Shown here: in pieces, positions 35,559 through 45,115 of the stretch
Position numbering within the stretch: the stretch's first letter is position 1
Layout of the letters: the number at the start of each line of letters is the position of its first letter
Assembly: GCA_964368305.1 (NCBI GenBank)
Contig: CAYJAB010000001.1
Span: 28,109 to 92,108 of the forward strand
Reading direction: 5' to 3'
Source of the DNA: an uncultured Erysipelotrichaceae bacterium
GTDB taxonomy: Bacteria; Bacillota_I; Bacilli_A; Erysipelotrichales; Erysipelotrichaceae
DNA: 64,000 bases
Position numbers and translations under genes: made by a program
Notes under the pieces: generated by a model
Told to the model about the DNA's origin: nothing
The model's database searches: none
What the model saw: the letters and a program-made list of their open reading frames with translations, nothing else

Positions 35559-36060
35559 AATTTATCTCTTTTTTAAAGAATTCATATTCTGTATATCCAA
35601 GTTGGCTTACAATAATTGAATTTGGAAATACTTTTATTGAAGTGTTAAACTCAGTTACATTTGAATTATAAAATCTTCTAGATGCTGATAGCTGATCTTC
35701 ACACTCCACCATACTATCCTGTAGCTTCATAAATACAGCACTTGCTTTTAAATCTGGATATTCTTCTTTTAATACCATTAAACGTGACAATGTTTGATTT
35801 TGCTCATCTACATATTGTTGTGCATCCTGTGCTGTTTGTAATTTTCTTTTTTCTACGACAGCCATCAATGTTTCTTTCTCATGCTTTGCATAGCCTTTTG
35901 TGACTTCAACCATATTTTGAATCAAATCATATCTTCTTTGTAGCGATACATCGATTCCAGAAAAACTCTCTTTAACTTTATTATTTTTCTTTACAAGGCT
36001 ATTGTAGACAATAATCATCCAAAGCACTACAACTACAATCCCAATTAATATAAATTCCAT
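35557..36060 (-). CDS. lemA: LemA family protein
   Basis: 167 aa, N-terminal TM then NSLVKKNNKVKESFSGIDVSLQRRYDLIQNMVEVTKGYAKHEKETL typical LemA. Confidence 0.8.
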   Translation of the reverse strand: MEFILIGIVVVVLWMIIVYNSLVKKNNKVKESFSGIDVSLQRRYDLIQNMVEVTKGYAKHEKETLMAVVEKRKLQTAQDAQQYVDEQNQTLSRLMVLKEEYPDLKASAVFMKLQDSMVECEDQLSASRRFYNSNVTEFNTSIKVFPNSIIVSQLGYTEYEFFKKEIN

Positions 36061-36087
36061 ATTTACTCCTTTGTTTTCTTAACTTTT

Positions 36088-36954
36088 CTACTTGTTTGTT
36101 TTTATTTCTAAATGATCTATGATTTTAGTAATATCATCTATTCCTTCTACAAACTTTTCAATTTCTTCTCTATTTAGTTTTGTCCACACTTTTGGTTCAA
36201 AATGATCACTTCCATCATTGATCGCTATATGAATTTTATTATCCATAAATCCAAATGCGATCGTTCCATCGTATTTCGTTTCAAGTTGCAATAATTTTTC
36301 CATTCTTTTTGGCGATAAAACATAAAATGCTTCCTGGCCATTGTTTGTAAGTGTTAGAAATTTTTTGTTAAATAAAATACTTTCGAGTTCTATTTTCTCC
36401 ATATCCGTAAACCATCCAACATGTAATTTAAATGTTGCTTCTCTTACAACTGTACGATTTTTTACCTCTGTATCCAAATCAATGGTATACCATCTTCCTT
36501 TAAATAAAGTCGTTGTAGTTGTGGTTTTTCCATTAGATGTAACTTGTTGAATTAGGACATCACTTTGATGAAAGAAAACCCCATTATATTTTCCGGAAAT
36601 AAAATCATTTGAATAAAAACGATTTCCCATTGAAACTACGCCTGTATTCTTTATGTACTCATTTGATAAACCAAGATTTGGATTGTATTCAAGTTCGTCA
36701 ATCACTTCCATTAATTTACCTTCTATGAATGTTTTCTTATAAAGTAATTTATATTCCTTTGAATCTTTTTCTATTTTATACGCTTGAAAAATAAAACACC
36801 CCATCCCAACAATCACAATTGGTATTGCAACTTCTATAAACAAAATAAAACAAATCATTGTAAGCAATAGTGTGAGTATTAGTAGGATTGTTTTTGTTTT
36901 AACTTTATTTCGTAGTGCTTCTAATTTATTATATGTCTCCATTTTTTTCTCCAT
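36088..36954 (-). CDS. LemA-associated membrane protein (DUF3137-like?)
   Basis: 288 aa, two N-terminal TM helices then soluble domain with poly-Thr stretch; upstream of and co-oriented with lemA. Confidence 0.4.
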   Translation of the reverse strand: MEKKMETYNKLEALRNKVKTKTILLILTLLLTMICFILFIEVAIPIVIVGMGCFIFQAYKIEKDSKEYKLLYKKTFIEGKLMEVIDELEYNPNLGLSNEYIKNTGVVSMGNRFYSNDFISGKYNGVFFHQSDVLIQQVTSNGKTTTTTTLFKGRWYTIDLDTEVKNRTVVREATFKLHVGWFTDMEKIELESILFNKKFLTLTNNGQEAFYVLSPKRMEKLLQLETKYDGTIAFGFMDNKIHIAINDGSDHFEPKVWTKLNREEIEKFVEGIDDITKIIDHLEIKTNK

Positions 36955-36964
36955 CTGTACTAAT

Positions 36965-36989
36965 AAAAAAGGATTTTACATCCTTTTTT
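36965..36989 (-). terminator. terminator after darA
   Basis: AAAAAAGGAT-TTTAC-ATCCTTTTTT hairpin + U-run. Confidence 0.65.
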
Positions 36990-37311
36990 ATAACTTCATA
37001 AACTGTGCAACATCCATTACAAAGATTGTAGCACCCCCAACTTGTACTTCTACAGGGAAAGATGCATATCTTCCAATATCATATGACGCTGTAGATGGAA
37101 CGACTTCCGTTCTACGTTTACTTTCATTTCCAATTGTATTGATTGCTTCTTCCACTTTTTCATCGTCTGTCCCAACAATTAATGTTGTATTTCCAGCTCT
37201 TAAAAACCCACCTGTAGTCGCTAATCTTGTTACTTGGAAGTTTGCTTTTGTTAAAGCAGTTACCACACTTGAACTATCATCATTAGAGACAATTGCTAAA
37301 ATTAATTTCAT
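36988..37311 (-). CDS. darA: cyclic-di-AMP receptor DarA (PII-like, DUF970/YaaQ)
   Basis: 107 aa; MKLILAIV..., LATTGGFLRAGNTT and GGATIFVMDV motifs closely match B. subtilis YaaQ/DarA. Confidence 0.8.
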   Translation of the reverse strand: MKLILAIVSNDDSSSVVTALTKANFQVTRLATTGGFLRAGNTTLIVGTDDEKVEEAINTIGNESKRRTEVVPSTASYDIGRYASFPVEVQVGGATIFVMDVAQFMKL

Positions 37312-37368
37312 ATAACGTCCTCCCTATTTTCTATATTATATCATTTATTTTATAGGTTTGTTTATTAA

Positions 37369-38520
37369 TTATGAATTTAACTTAATCTCAAATAAATCAC
37401 GATCAAAGTTTGTTAAAAACTCTGCGCCTGTTTCAGTTACCAATATCATATCTTCCACACGTACATAACATTCACCATCAAACATCATCTTTGGCTCACT
37501 GCAAAAAACCATCCCTGGTCTTAAGATTGCATCTGTTGCACGATTTAACATTGGATGTTCATGACAGTCAATTCCAATTTGATGTCCCAACATTCCTCTT
37601 TCTTGGTGTAAAAGTACATCTTGATGCCCTAATCTTGCGACTTCTTCTTTTACTAAGTCAAATAACTCATTCACATTTGTTTTGTTTGGCACAATTTTAC
37701 TTACCATATATACTTGTCCTGCTTGCAGTGCTTTATATCCTTCACGTACTTTTTCGCTCGCTTCACCAATATAAACAGATCTTCCCCAGTCAGAACAATA
37801 TCCTTTATCTAAGTATCCTACATCAAACGCAATCCCTGTATTCTGTTTTAAAACAGAATCTCTTGGAAATAGGAAGTTTTCTTCTTTTGTAAATGTGCCT
37901 TTTGTCTTAAATCCTGCTGTATGTGGAAATGATAAATCATCTAGATTATGATCTATTGCATATTGCATCAACATTTGTTCTGCATCTAGTTGTGTCATTC
38001 CTAATTTCAAATTTTTCACAAGGTGCATGACTGCATCGTCTGTAAATTTCGCCATTTTTCTTAATTGTGCGATTTCTTCTTCATCTTTAATACTTCTCAT
38101 TTCTGCCAATAAAAGTTCTGCATCCACAGTCGTTATTGTTTCATTTACTTCTTTTAATGTTTCTTTGATCCACTCATGACAATCATATCCGATTCCAATT
38201 TTCTTTTCATTGATTACAGTTGAGATTGTATCTGCCATTTGATCTACATATGACACTAATAAATGCTCTTTATTAAAATGCTTTGCAACGCTAGGTATAC
38301 TTACAACTGTAAACTCTCCTTTTGTATTTAAATATAAAACACATTCAGGTAATGTTTTCGCAGAAAACTGCCCCATAATATTGTTTTCACATACACGTTG
38401 CCAATGATAATCTGTTGCGTTTGTTAGATACTGAAAATTAGCTCCTGTTGCATATAATAAACCTTCTAAATTTTCTTCTTTCATTTTTTTAATACATGAT
38501 TCTATTCTTTTTTTGTGCAT
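37369..38520 (-). CDS. M24 family Xaa-Pro aminopeptidase/dipeptidase
   Basis: 383 aa; creatinase-like N-domain + pita-bread C-domain with metal ligands (D..D..H..E..E pattern: GIAFDVGYLDKGYCSDW, HQIGIDCHE). Confidence 0.75.
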   Translation of the reverse strand: MHKKRIESCIKKMKEENLEGLLYATGANFQYLTNATDYHWQRVCENNIMGQFSAKTLPECVLYLNTKGEFTVVSIPSVAKHFNKEHLLVSYVDQMADTISTVINEKKIGIGYDCHEWIKETLKEVNETITTVDAELLLAEMRSIKDEEEIAQLRKMAKFTDDAVMHLVKNLKLGMTQLDAEQMLMQYAIDHNLDDLSFPHTAGFKTKGTFTKEENFLFPRDSVLKQNTGIAFDVGYLDKGYCSDWGRSVYIGEASEKVREGYKALQAGQVYMVSKIVPNKTNVNELFDLVKEEVARLGHQDVLLHQERGMLGHQIGIDCHEHPMLNRATDAILRPGMVFCSEPKMMFDGECYVRVEDMILVTETGAEFLTNFDRDLFEIKLNS

Positions 38521-38594
38521 AAATATACCCCCTTTTTGTATTCTAACATATTTCTTATTTTTATGAAATAAACTTGTAACAAAATGAAAATAAA

Positions 38595-38618
38595 TGAAAA
38601 AACTGTATTTCTACAGTT
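38595..38618 (-). terminator. terminator after RHH gene
   Basis: AACTGTA-TTTC-TACAGTT hairpin + U6. Confidence 0.6.
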
Positions 38619-38813
38619 TTATTCAATATCTAATTCAATTGGTTCATCTATTGTCTCTGAAACATATTTACCATCTTTTTTTCTTTGTTTGACACATTCC
38701 GTTAGTAAATATTCAATTTGACCATTGATTGATCTAAAGTCATCTTGTGCCCATGCATTTAACTCTGAAAACAATTTTGCGGATATTCTAAGTGGAATTT
38801 GTTTCTTTTCCAC
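38619..38813 (-). CDS. ribbon-helix-helix (CopG/Arc/ParD-like) small DNA-binding protein
   Basis: 64 aa; beta-strand IPLRISAKLF then two helices ELNAWAQDD / SINGQIEYLLTE = RHH architecture; 3 nt downstream of SPFH gene. Confidence 0.5.
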   Translation of the reverse strand: MEKKQIPLRISAKLFSELNAWAQDDFRSINGQIEYLLTECVKQRKKDGKYVSETIDEPIELDIE

Positions 38814-38816
38814 TGA

Positions 38817-39818
38817 TTAATATAAACTTCCTGAATTCACGATTGGTTGGGCATCTTTGTTTCCACATAATACGACAAGTAAGTTTGAAACCATCGCCGC
38901 TTTACGCTCTTCATCTAGTTGAACTTTATTGTTTTTCTCAAGTTGTTCAAGTGCCATTTCAACCATTCCAACAGCACCTTCCACAATCATTTTTCTTGCA
39001 TCGATAATTGCTGAAGCTTGTTGACGTTGCAACATTGCAGATGCAATTTCTGGTGCATAAGCTAAGAATGTAATTTTTGCTTCAATTACTTCAATCCCTG
39101 CAAAACTTACTTTACTTTGAATTTCATCCTTGATTTGTTGAGCAACGATTGTACTTGAACCTCTTAGTGACCCTTCATCTGGTTCACCATCTCCTGTTGT
39201 GTCCACTCCTTTAGCAACATCATATGGATATGTACGCACAATATTTCTTAACGCTGCATCACATTGTAGTGATAAGAATTCTTTATAATTGTCTACCGCA
39301 AACACTGCTTTTGCTGTATCTTCAACTCTCCAAATCACCGCAATCGCAATTTCAATTGGATTTCCTAAGCAATCATTGATTTTTTGTACATTATTATTTA
39401 ATGTCATTGATTTCAATGAAATGTGTTTATCTAAGTTCATATGTACTGTTACATCTTCTGTAGTGATCAATTTTGATTTTTTTGTATTCACATCCCCACT
39501 TTGTCTTAGTGATGTATCTGCTGCAGGATTTACTGCTTGTGAAAATGGATTTACATAATAAAATCCATCTGATTTTATTGTACCTGTATATTTACCGAAT
39601 AAAGTAAGCACCAAAGCCTCTTGTGGTTTAACTACCTTTAATCCAGCGAAGTTAATGATACTTCCTACAAATACTATGATCGATCCAATTATTACGATAA
39701 TTGATACATTATAATTTGTAACTTCATTGATAAATGTTGCGATTGCCCCAAATATCAATGCAATATTTAAAAGTAATACGAATAATCCGTTTATTGGTTT
39801 TATAATTTTTTCTTGCAT
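38817..39818 (-). CDS. SPFH/band-7 (stomatin/flotillin-like) domain membrane protein
   Basis: 333 aa; N-terminal TM pair, KVVKPQEALVLTLFGKYTGTIKSDGFYYVNPF SPFH core; promoter TTGACA-17-CATAAT with GATATCATAATGATATC palindrome over the -10. Confidence 0.75.
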   Translation of the reverse strand: MQEKIIKPINGLFVLLLNIALIFGAIATFINEVTNYNVSIIVIIGSIIVFVGSIINFAGLKVVKPQEALVLTLFGKYTGTIKSDGFYYVNPFSQAVNPAADTSLRQSGDVNTKKSKLITTEDVTVHMNLDKHISLKSMTLNNNVQKINDCLGNPIEIAIAVIWRVEDTAKAVFAVDNYKEFLSLQCDAALRNIVRTYPYDVAKGVDTTGDGEPDEGSLRGSSTIVAQQIKDEIQSKVSFAGIEVIEAKITFLAYAPEIASAMLQRQQASAIIDARKMIVEGAVGMVEMALEQLEKNNKVQLDEERKAAMVSNLLVVLCGNKDAQPIVNSGSLY

Positions 39819-39870
39819 ATGAATGCCTCCTGTATGATATCATTATGATATCAAAAACATATTATGTCAA

Positions 39871-39898
39871 GAAAAAAAAGAAACATTTCTGTTTCTTT
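39871..39898 (-). terminator. terminator after ychF
   Basis: AAAGAAACA-TTTC-TGTTTCTTT hairpin + U8. Confidence 0.7.
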
Positions 39899-40999
39899 CT
39901 ATACATTAAATCTGAAATGTAGTACATCTCCGTCTTTTACTAAATACTCTTTTCCTTCAAGTCTAAGTTTACCTGCTTCTTTTAATGCGACCTCTGTTTT
40001 ATAAACTACGATATCATCAAATGCATATGTTTCTGCGCGAATAAATCCTTTTTGGAAATCTGTATGGATAACTCCTGCACATTCAGGTGCTTTCATTCCT
40101 TTTGTGAATGTCCATGCACGGCATTCTTGAACACCTGCCGTTAAGAATGTACATAAATCAAGTGTCGTGTATGCTGTTTTAATAATAATATCCAATCCAC
40201 TTTCCTTAATTCCTAATTCCTCCAAGAACATTTGTTTTTCTTCTTTTGATAATGATGATAATTCTTCTTCAATTTTTGCACAAACAGGAATCACTTGATT
40301 GTTTTCTGATTTTGCGAATTCACATACTTTTAAATAATGTTCATTTTTTGCAGGATCAATGATTTCCTCTTCAGACATATTCGCAATATAAATAACTGGT
40401 TTACTAGATAATAATTGATATAAATCTACATACGCTTGTTCTTCTTTTGTGAATTCTAAACTACGTACTGGTTTACCTTCTAGTAACACTTCATTGATTT
40501 TTTTAAGTAACACTTGCTCAAAAAGCGCTTCTTTATCTTTTTGTGCTGCTTTTCTTACTACTTTACTTAATCTATTTTCAACCGATTGTTGGTCTGCAAT
40601 AATTAATTCTAAATTAATTATTTCAATATCACGAATTGGGTCAACTGATCCTTCTACATGTGTAATATCTTGGCTATCAAAACATCTAACAACATGACAT
40701 ATTGCATCTACTTCTCTAATATGAGATAAAAATTGATTTCCTAACCCTTCTCCTTTACTTGCCCCTTTTACAAGACCTGCGATATCAGTAAATTCAAAAG
40801 TTGTATAAATTGACTTTTTTGTCTTAAATAAATCCGCAAGCATATCAACTCTTTCATCCGGTACTTCTACTACTCCAACATTTGGTTGAATCGTCGCAAA
40901 TGGATAATTTGCGGCTTCTACTTGTGATTTTGTAATCGCGTTAAATAACGTTGATTTTCCTACGTTTGGTAATCCTACTATTCCTGCTGTTAATGCCAT
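39899..40999 (-). CDS. ychF: ribosome-binding ATPase YchF
   Basis: GIVGLPNVGKSTLFNAIT G1 motif, TGS C-terminal domain; 366 aa. Confidence 0.95.
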   Translation of the reverse strand: MALTAGIVGLPNVGKSTLFNAITKSQVEAANYPFATIQPNVGVVEVPDERVDMLADLFKTKKSIYTTFEFTDIAGLVKGASKGEGLGNQFLSHIREVDAICHVVRCFDSQDITHVEGSVDPIRDIEIINLELIIADQQSVENRLSKVVRKAAQKDKEALFEQVLLKKINEVLLEGKPVRSLEFTKEEQAYVDLYQLLSSKPVIYIANMSEEEIIDPAKNEHYLKVCEFAKSENNQVIPVCAKIEEELSSLSKEEKQMFLEELGIKESGLDIIIKTAYTTLDLCTFLTAGVQECRAWTFTKGMKAPECAGVIHTDFQKGFIRAETYAFDDIVVYKTEVALKEAGKLRLEGKEYLVKDGDVLHFRFNV

Positions 41000-41069
41000 A
41001 TTTTTTTCTCCAATTCTAACTTTGTATATTCTATCTTAATTCTTTTTTAATATCAAGTAAATAAAAGCG

Positions 41070-41276
41070 TTACTCCGGTTTTGCTTTTTCCACAATCTTC
41101 TTTAATTTTTTTTCAAAATCTGGTCTTTCAAACATAATATTGTTTCCACATCCTAAACATTTTATTTTAATATCTACACCCATTCTAATGATTTTCCATT
41201 GTTTTGATTTTTTACATGGATGATCCTTTTTCATTTCTACAATATCGTTTAATCCATATTCTAATTTATTACTCAT
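41070..41276 (-). CDS. DUF951 family protein (YyzM-like)
   Basis: 68 aa, CxxC...C motif region KIKCLGCGNNIMFERPDFEKKLKK; conserved neighbour of ychF in Firmicutes. Confidence 0.6.
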   Translation of the reverse strand: MSNKLEYGLNDIVEMKKDHPCKKSKQWKIIRMGVDIKIKCLGCGNNIMFERPDFEKKLKKIVEKAKPE

Positions 41277-42123
41277 ACACTTCCCTCTTTACATATGCTT
41301 TATATGTATTCTTCAATAACATTGTAATTGTCATTGGACCGACTCCTTTTGGTACAGCACTCACCATACTGCATTTATCTAAGACATCTTGTGTATCTAC
41401 ATCTCCTACAAGTTTACCCTCTAATCGATTAATCCCTACATCAATGATGACTGCATTTTCTTTTATCCATTCTTTTTTGACCATATGTGCACACCCTACC
41501 GCAACAATCAGTGCATCTGCTTGGCTTGTGATTGACTTAATGTTATTTGTTTTTGAATGACAAACTGTCACTGTAGCATCGTGGTTTAGTAAAAGCTGCG
41601 CAATTGGTTTTCCAACCAATTGACTTCGTCCAATAACAACAATATTCTTTCCTGCTACATCATACTTAACATCCTCCAATAAACACATGATTCCCGCAGG
41701 TGTACATGGCACAAAACAATCTAAACCTCTTTGTAATTGTCCAATATTCACACTACTGAATCCATCTACATCTTTTTCAATAGAAATTGTATCAATGATT
41801 TCTTCTTTGTTTAGATGCTTTGGAACTGGAAGTTGTACTAAAATGCCATCCACTGTTTCATCCATATTTAATTTTTCAATAATTTCAATGACTTCTTTTT
41901 GACTACTGTTTTTATCTAAAAGAAATACTTCTGAAATAATACCCACTTCTGCGCATGCTTTTTGTTTACCTTTCACATAGGTATGACTTGCTGGATCCTC
42001 TCCAATCAATACAACGGATAGTTTAGGTAATCTTTTATTTTCATCTTTTAATCGATTGATATCTTCTTTTAGTTTCTCTTTGATACTAAAACTTAACTCT
42101 GTTCCATATATTATTTTTCCCAT
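41269..42123 (-). CDS. folD: bifunctional 5,10-methylene-THF dehydrogenase/cyclohydrolase
   Basis: 284 aa; YVKGKQKACAEVGI, GILVQLPVPKH, VVIGRSQLVGKP motifs. Confidence 0.9.
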   Translation of the reverse strand: MGKIIYGTELSFSIKEKLKEDINRLKDENKRLPKLSVVLIGEDPASHTYVKGKQKACAEVGIISEVFLLDKNSSQKEVIEIIEKLNMDETVDGILVQLPVPKHLNKEEIIDTISIEKDVDGFSSVNIGQLQRGLDCFVPCTPAGIMCLLEDVKYDVAGKNIVVIGRSQLVGKPIAQLLLNHDATVTVCHSKTNNIKSITSQADALIVAVGCAHMVKKEWIKENAVIIDVGINRLEGKLVGDVDTQDVLDKCSMVSAVPKGVGPMTITMLLKNTYKAYVKREVYE

Positions 42124-42569
42124 TATAAATCCTCACTATCTAATATGATTGTCACAGGACCATCATTGATTAAACATACTTTCATATCTTCTTTAAACAC
42201 ACCTTTTTTTACTTTTACAGACTGGTTTATTAAATACGTATTAAAAACCTCGTATAGTTCATTTGCGATATCAGGTTTTGCAGCCAAAGAAAATCCTGGT
42301 CTTCTCCCTTTTTTACAATCTGCATAAAGCGTAAATTGTGATACAGATAATACCTCTTTATGATTGTCCATTAATGATAAATTCATTTTATTGTTTTCAT
42401 CTTCAAATATACGCAACTCAATCATTTTCTTTGCGACTTTCTCTACAATCTCTTTTGTATCTGTATGTGATATTCCTACAAGCGCTAATAGCCCTTCCTT
42501 AATTTCACTAAATAGTTTACCATCTATTGTTACAGAGGCTTCTTTTACTCTTTGTATTACGACTCTCAT
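42123..42569 (-). CDS. dtd: D-aminoacyl-tRNA deacylase
   Basis: MRVVIQRV..., SQFTL motif, 148 aa. Confidence 0.9.
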   Translation of the reverse strand: MRVVIQRVKEASVTIDGKLFSEIKEGLLALVGISHTDTKEIVEKVAKKMIELRIFEDENNKMNLSLMDNHKEVLSVSQFTLYADCKKGRRPGFSLAAKPDIANELYEVFNTYLINQSVKVKKGVFKEDMKVCLINDGPVTIILDSEDL

Positions 42570-42638
42570 TCAATCACCTCATCATTACTATTTTACTATG
42601 AATGAAACAATGTTAAAATAGTAGAAAGGAGATTTTTT

Positions 42639-43898
42639 ATGAAACAACCGCTCGCTTTTAGATTAAGACCTGAAAAATTAGAAGAAATCATCGGTCAAAA
42701 GCACTTAATTGGTGAAAATCAGATCATACGAAGATGTATTGAAAACAATACAATCTATTCAATGATTCTTTTTGGCGAGCCGGGAACTGGTAAAACAACG
42801 CTTGCTACAGTGATTGCCAATGAATTAAATGTACCTTATCGTATGTTTAATGCTGTAACAGGTAATAAAAAAGAATTAGATGCAATCTTTTTAGAAGCGA
42901 AGCTTTCTTCAGGTTTAATTGTAATTGTAGAAGAAATTCATCGTCTAAATAAAGATAAACAAGATTTACTTTTACCACACATTGAAAATGGATTGATTAC
43001 AATTATTGGTACAACTACTTCTAATCCTTATTTTGCAATAAATCCTGCTATTCGATCACGCTGTCATTTATTTGAAATCAAACCACTTACACAAGAAGAT
43101 GTAAAAAGTGCACTTGAGCGTGCACTGACTCATAAAAACGGATTTAATCACACCGTAACAATTGATGAAGATGCCAAACAAGTTATCGCAAATCATGCGA
43201 ATGGTGATTTAAGATATGCCTTAAATGTACTTGAGATTTGTGCAATCGCAAGTCTTGACCAACATATTACTTTAGAGATTGTAAAACAATATAGTAAAAT
43301 TCCAAACTTACATATGGATCACGATGGCGATGGACACTACGATGCAGTAAGTGCACTTCAAAAATCTATACGTGGAAGTGATGTAAATGCTTCGCTTTAT
43401 TATCTAGCCCGTCTAATTCAATCAAATGATTTAGATTCAATTGAAAGAAGACTGTTGGTAACCGCATATGAAGTTGTCGGTCTTGCCAATCCAGCAGCAG
43501 TTTCACGAACTGTTTTAGCACTTGATGCCGCTAGAAAAGTCGGGTTTCCCGAAGGAATGATTCCTTTAGGGGTTGCTGTAATTGATTTAGCACTTTCTCC
43601 AAAATCACAATCCGGATATGAAGCAATTGCCCAAGCAATGCAAGAAGTAAACACACAAGCACTTGCGGTTCCTGCTTATTTAAGGTATACCCCTGTTGGT
43701 ATGGCAGAAGAAGATAAATATCCATATGATCGAAAAGACTTATGGCATAAATTTCAATATTTACCAGATAAAATAAAAGATATACAATTTTATCACCCAA
43801 ATACAAACAGCGCATATGAGCGCGCCTTGGCAGATAACCTTTCAAAATTATCGCAGTACGCACGTAGCAAAGAAATCAGTAAACTTAAAAAACAATAA
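42639..43898 (+). CDS. rarA: replication-associated recombination protein A (AAA+ ATPase RarA/MgsA)
   Basis: GEPGTGKTTLA Walker A, 419 aa. Confidence 0.9.
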   Translation: MKQPLAFRLRPEKLEEIIGQKHLIGENQIIRRCIENNTIYSMILFGEPGTGKTTLATVIANELNVPYRMFNAVTGNKKELDAIFLEAKLSSGLIVIVEEIHRLNKDKQDLLLPHIENGLITIIGTTTSNPYFAINPAIRSRCHLFEIKPLTQEDVKSALERALTHKNGFNHTVTIDEDAKQVIANHANGDLRYALNVLEICAIASLDQHITLEIVKQYSKIPNLHMDHDGDGHYDAVSALQKSIRGSDVNASLYYLARLIQSNDLDSIERRLLVTAYEVVGLANPAAVSRTVLALDAARKVGFPEGMIPLGVAVIDLALSPKSQSGYEAIAQAMQEVNTQALAVPAYLRYTPVGMAEEDKYPYDRKDLWHKFQYLPDKIKDIQFYHPNTNSAYERALADNLSKLSQYARSKEISKLKKQ

Positions 43899-43900
43899 GT

Positions 43901-45115
43901 TTACTTTTTTATTTTCTCATCTAAAATGCCGCGATGATAATATTTTTGCCCAAACTCAATCATCAAAAACAAGATACTGACAGACAGTATCAGTGCAAGT
44001 GCTATTTCCCATTGTGTCGCACTTTCCATCATAATGCGACACGGCATAAATAACATAGAAAAAAATGGTAAAAAGGATAAATAATACCCCATTCCTTGTG
44101 CCATTTGATATGGCGTATTAATAGAGAGAGCAAAATAATAGAAAATCAATAATATAAAATAAAATGGACCTTGAATCGATGCCGATTCTTCAATACTTGT
44201 TATATAACTACTTGCGATGACTAAAACCATTTGTACAAGCAGTACCCCTAACAATACAAATAAAACACAATATACGCCATTTAAAAAATCTATTGTTGTA
44301 AAGTTTGACGCTTCTACTACTTCTGAAATTGTGTGAAGTTCATTTTGTATGATATCTATTGATTGAAGAAAGTGCACAAGACCCAATCCTCCATCATATT
44401 GTATTCTAAAAACAACCGCACCCATACACAGCATCAATACAACTATTGCTTGAATGATCATACTTAGCCACCCTACAATAATTTTAGATAAAAAATGCAC
44501 TCTACTACTTACAGAGGTCAATACCAATTCTAATATTTTACTTGTCTTTTCATATACAACTTCATTTGCGGCAGTACTACTAAAACTTAATACGATAAAA
44601 TAGATTCCTGTAATCACCATAAAGATTGTATTTTGTTGCTTGGTATCATAATTTAGTTGTTGATCTAATATCGTATTTATTACAAGTGGCTCGTAGATTA
44701 GTTGAATCTCTTCTAACAGCTGTGTATTTTCATACGCTTCGAATTTATTTTTTTGAGTTGCTTGTATTATCGTTGTCATAGCACTTTGTTCTATTTCTGA
44801 TATTTCATAATTGCTTTCGATAATCCATGTGTTTTGATCATAATATAAATTTAATTCTTTATTTTCTAATTGTTCTTTGGGATAAGGTTGAAAAATGTAT
44901 TTATCCTCTCCATAGTAATTAAACATATCAATTGTATCTTCTAAATTTTTATCTACATAAACTGTAAACTGTTTTGTAAAGTCAGGTTCAATCCACTTTA
45001 CAATTTCATCGACAAATAAAAGCCCTACTATAAAAAACATCGCAATCACATTAAAGATAATCATTGTTTTATTAAGAAATCTTCTTTTTAAAGAAAACAA
45101 CACTAACTCTTTCAT
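43901..45115 (-). CDS. ABC-2 type transporter permease
   Basis: 404 aa, N-terminal TM + large extracytoplasmic loop + 5 C-terminal TMs; 4-nt overlap with ATPase gene. Confidence 0.6.
   Translation of the reverse strand: MKELVLFSLKRRFLNKTMIIFNVIAMFFIVGLLFVDEIVKWIEPDFTKQFTVYVDKNLEDTIDMFNYYGEDKYIFQPYPKEQLENKELNLYYDQNTWIIESNYEISEIEQSAMTTIIQATQKNKFEAYENTQLLEEIQLIYEPLVINTILDQQLNYDTKQQNTIFMVITGIYFIVLSFSSTAANEVVYEKTSKILELVLTSVSSRVHFLSKIIVGWLSMIIQAIVVLMLCMGAVVFRIQYDGGLGLVHFLQSIDIIQNELHTISEVVEASNFTTIDFLNGVYCVLFVLLGVLLVQMVLVIASSYITSIEESASIQGPFYFILLIFYYFALSINTPYQMAQGMGYYLSFLPFFSMLFMPCRIMMESATQWEIALALILSVSILFLMIEFGQKYYHRGILDEKIKK

Noticed and set aside
41000-41069. Possible terminator after DUF951 gene (AAAAGC...GCTTTT)
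   Set aside because: Stem only 5-6 bp with poor loop and no clear U-run. ychF is probably co-transcribed
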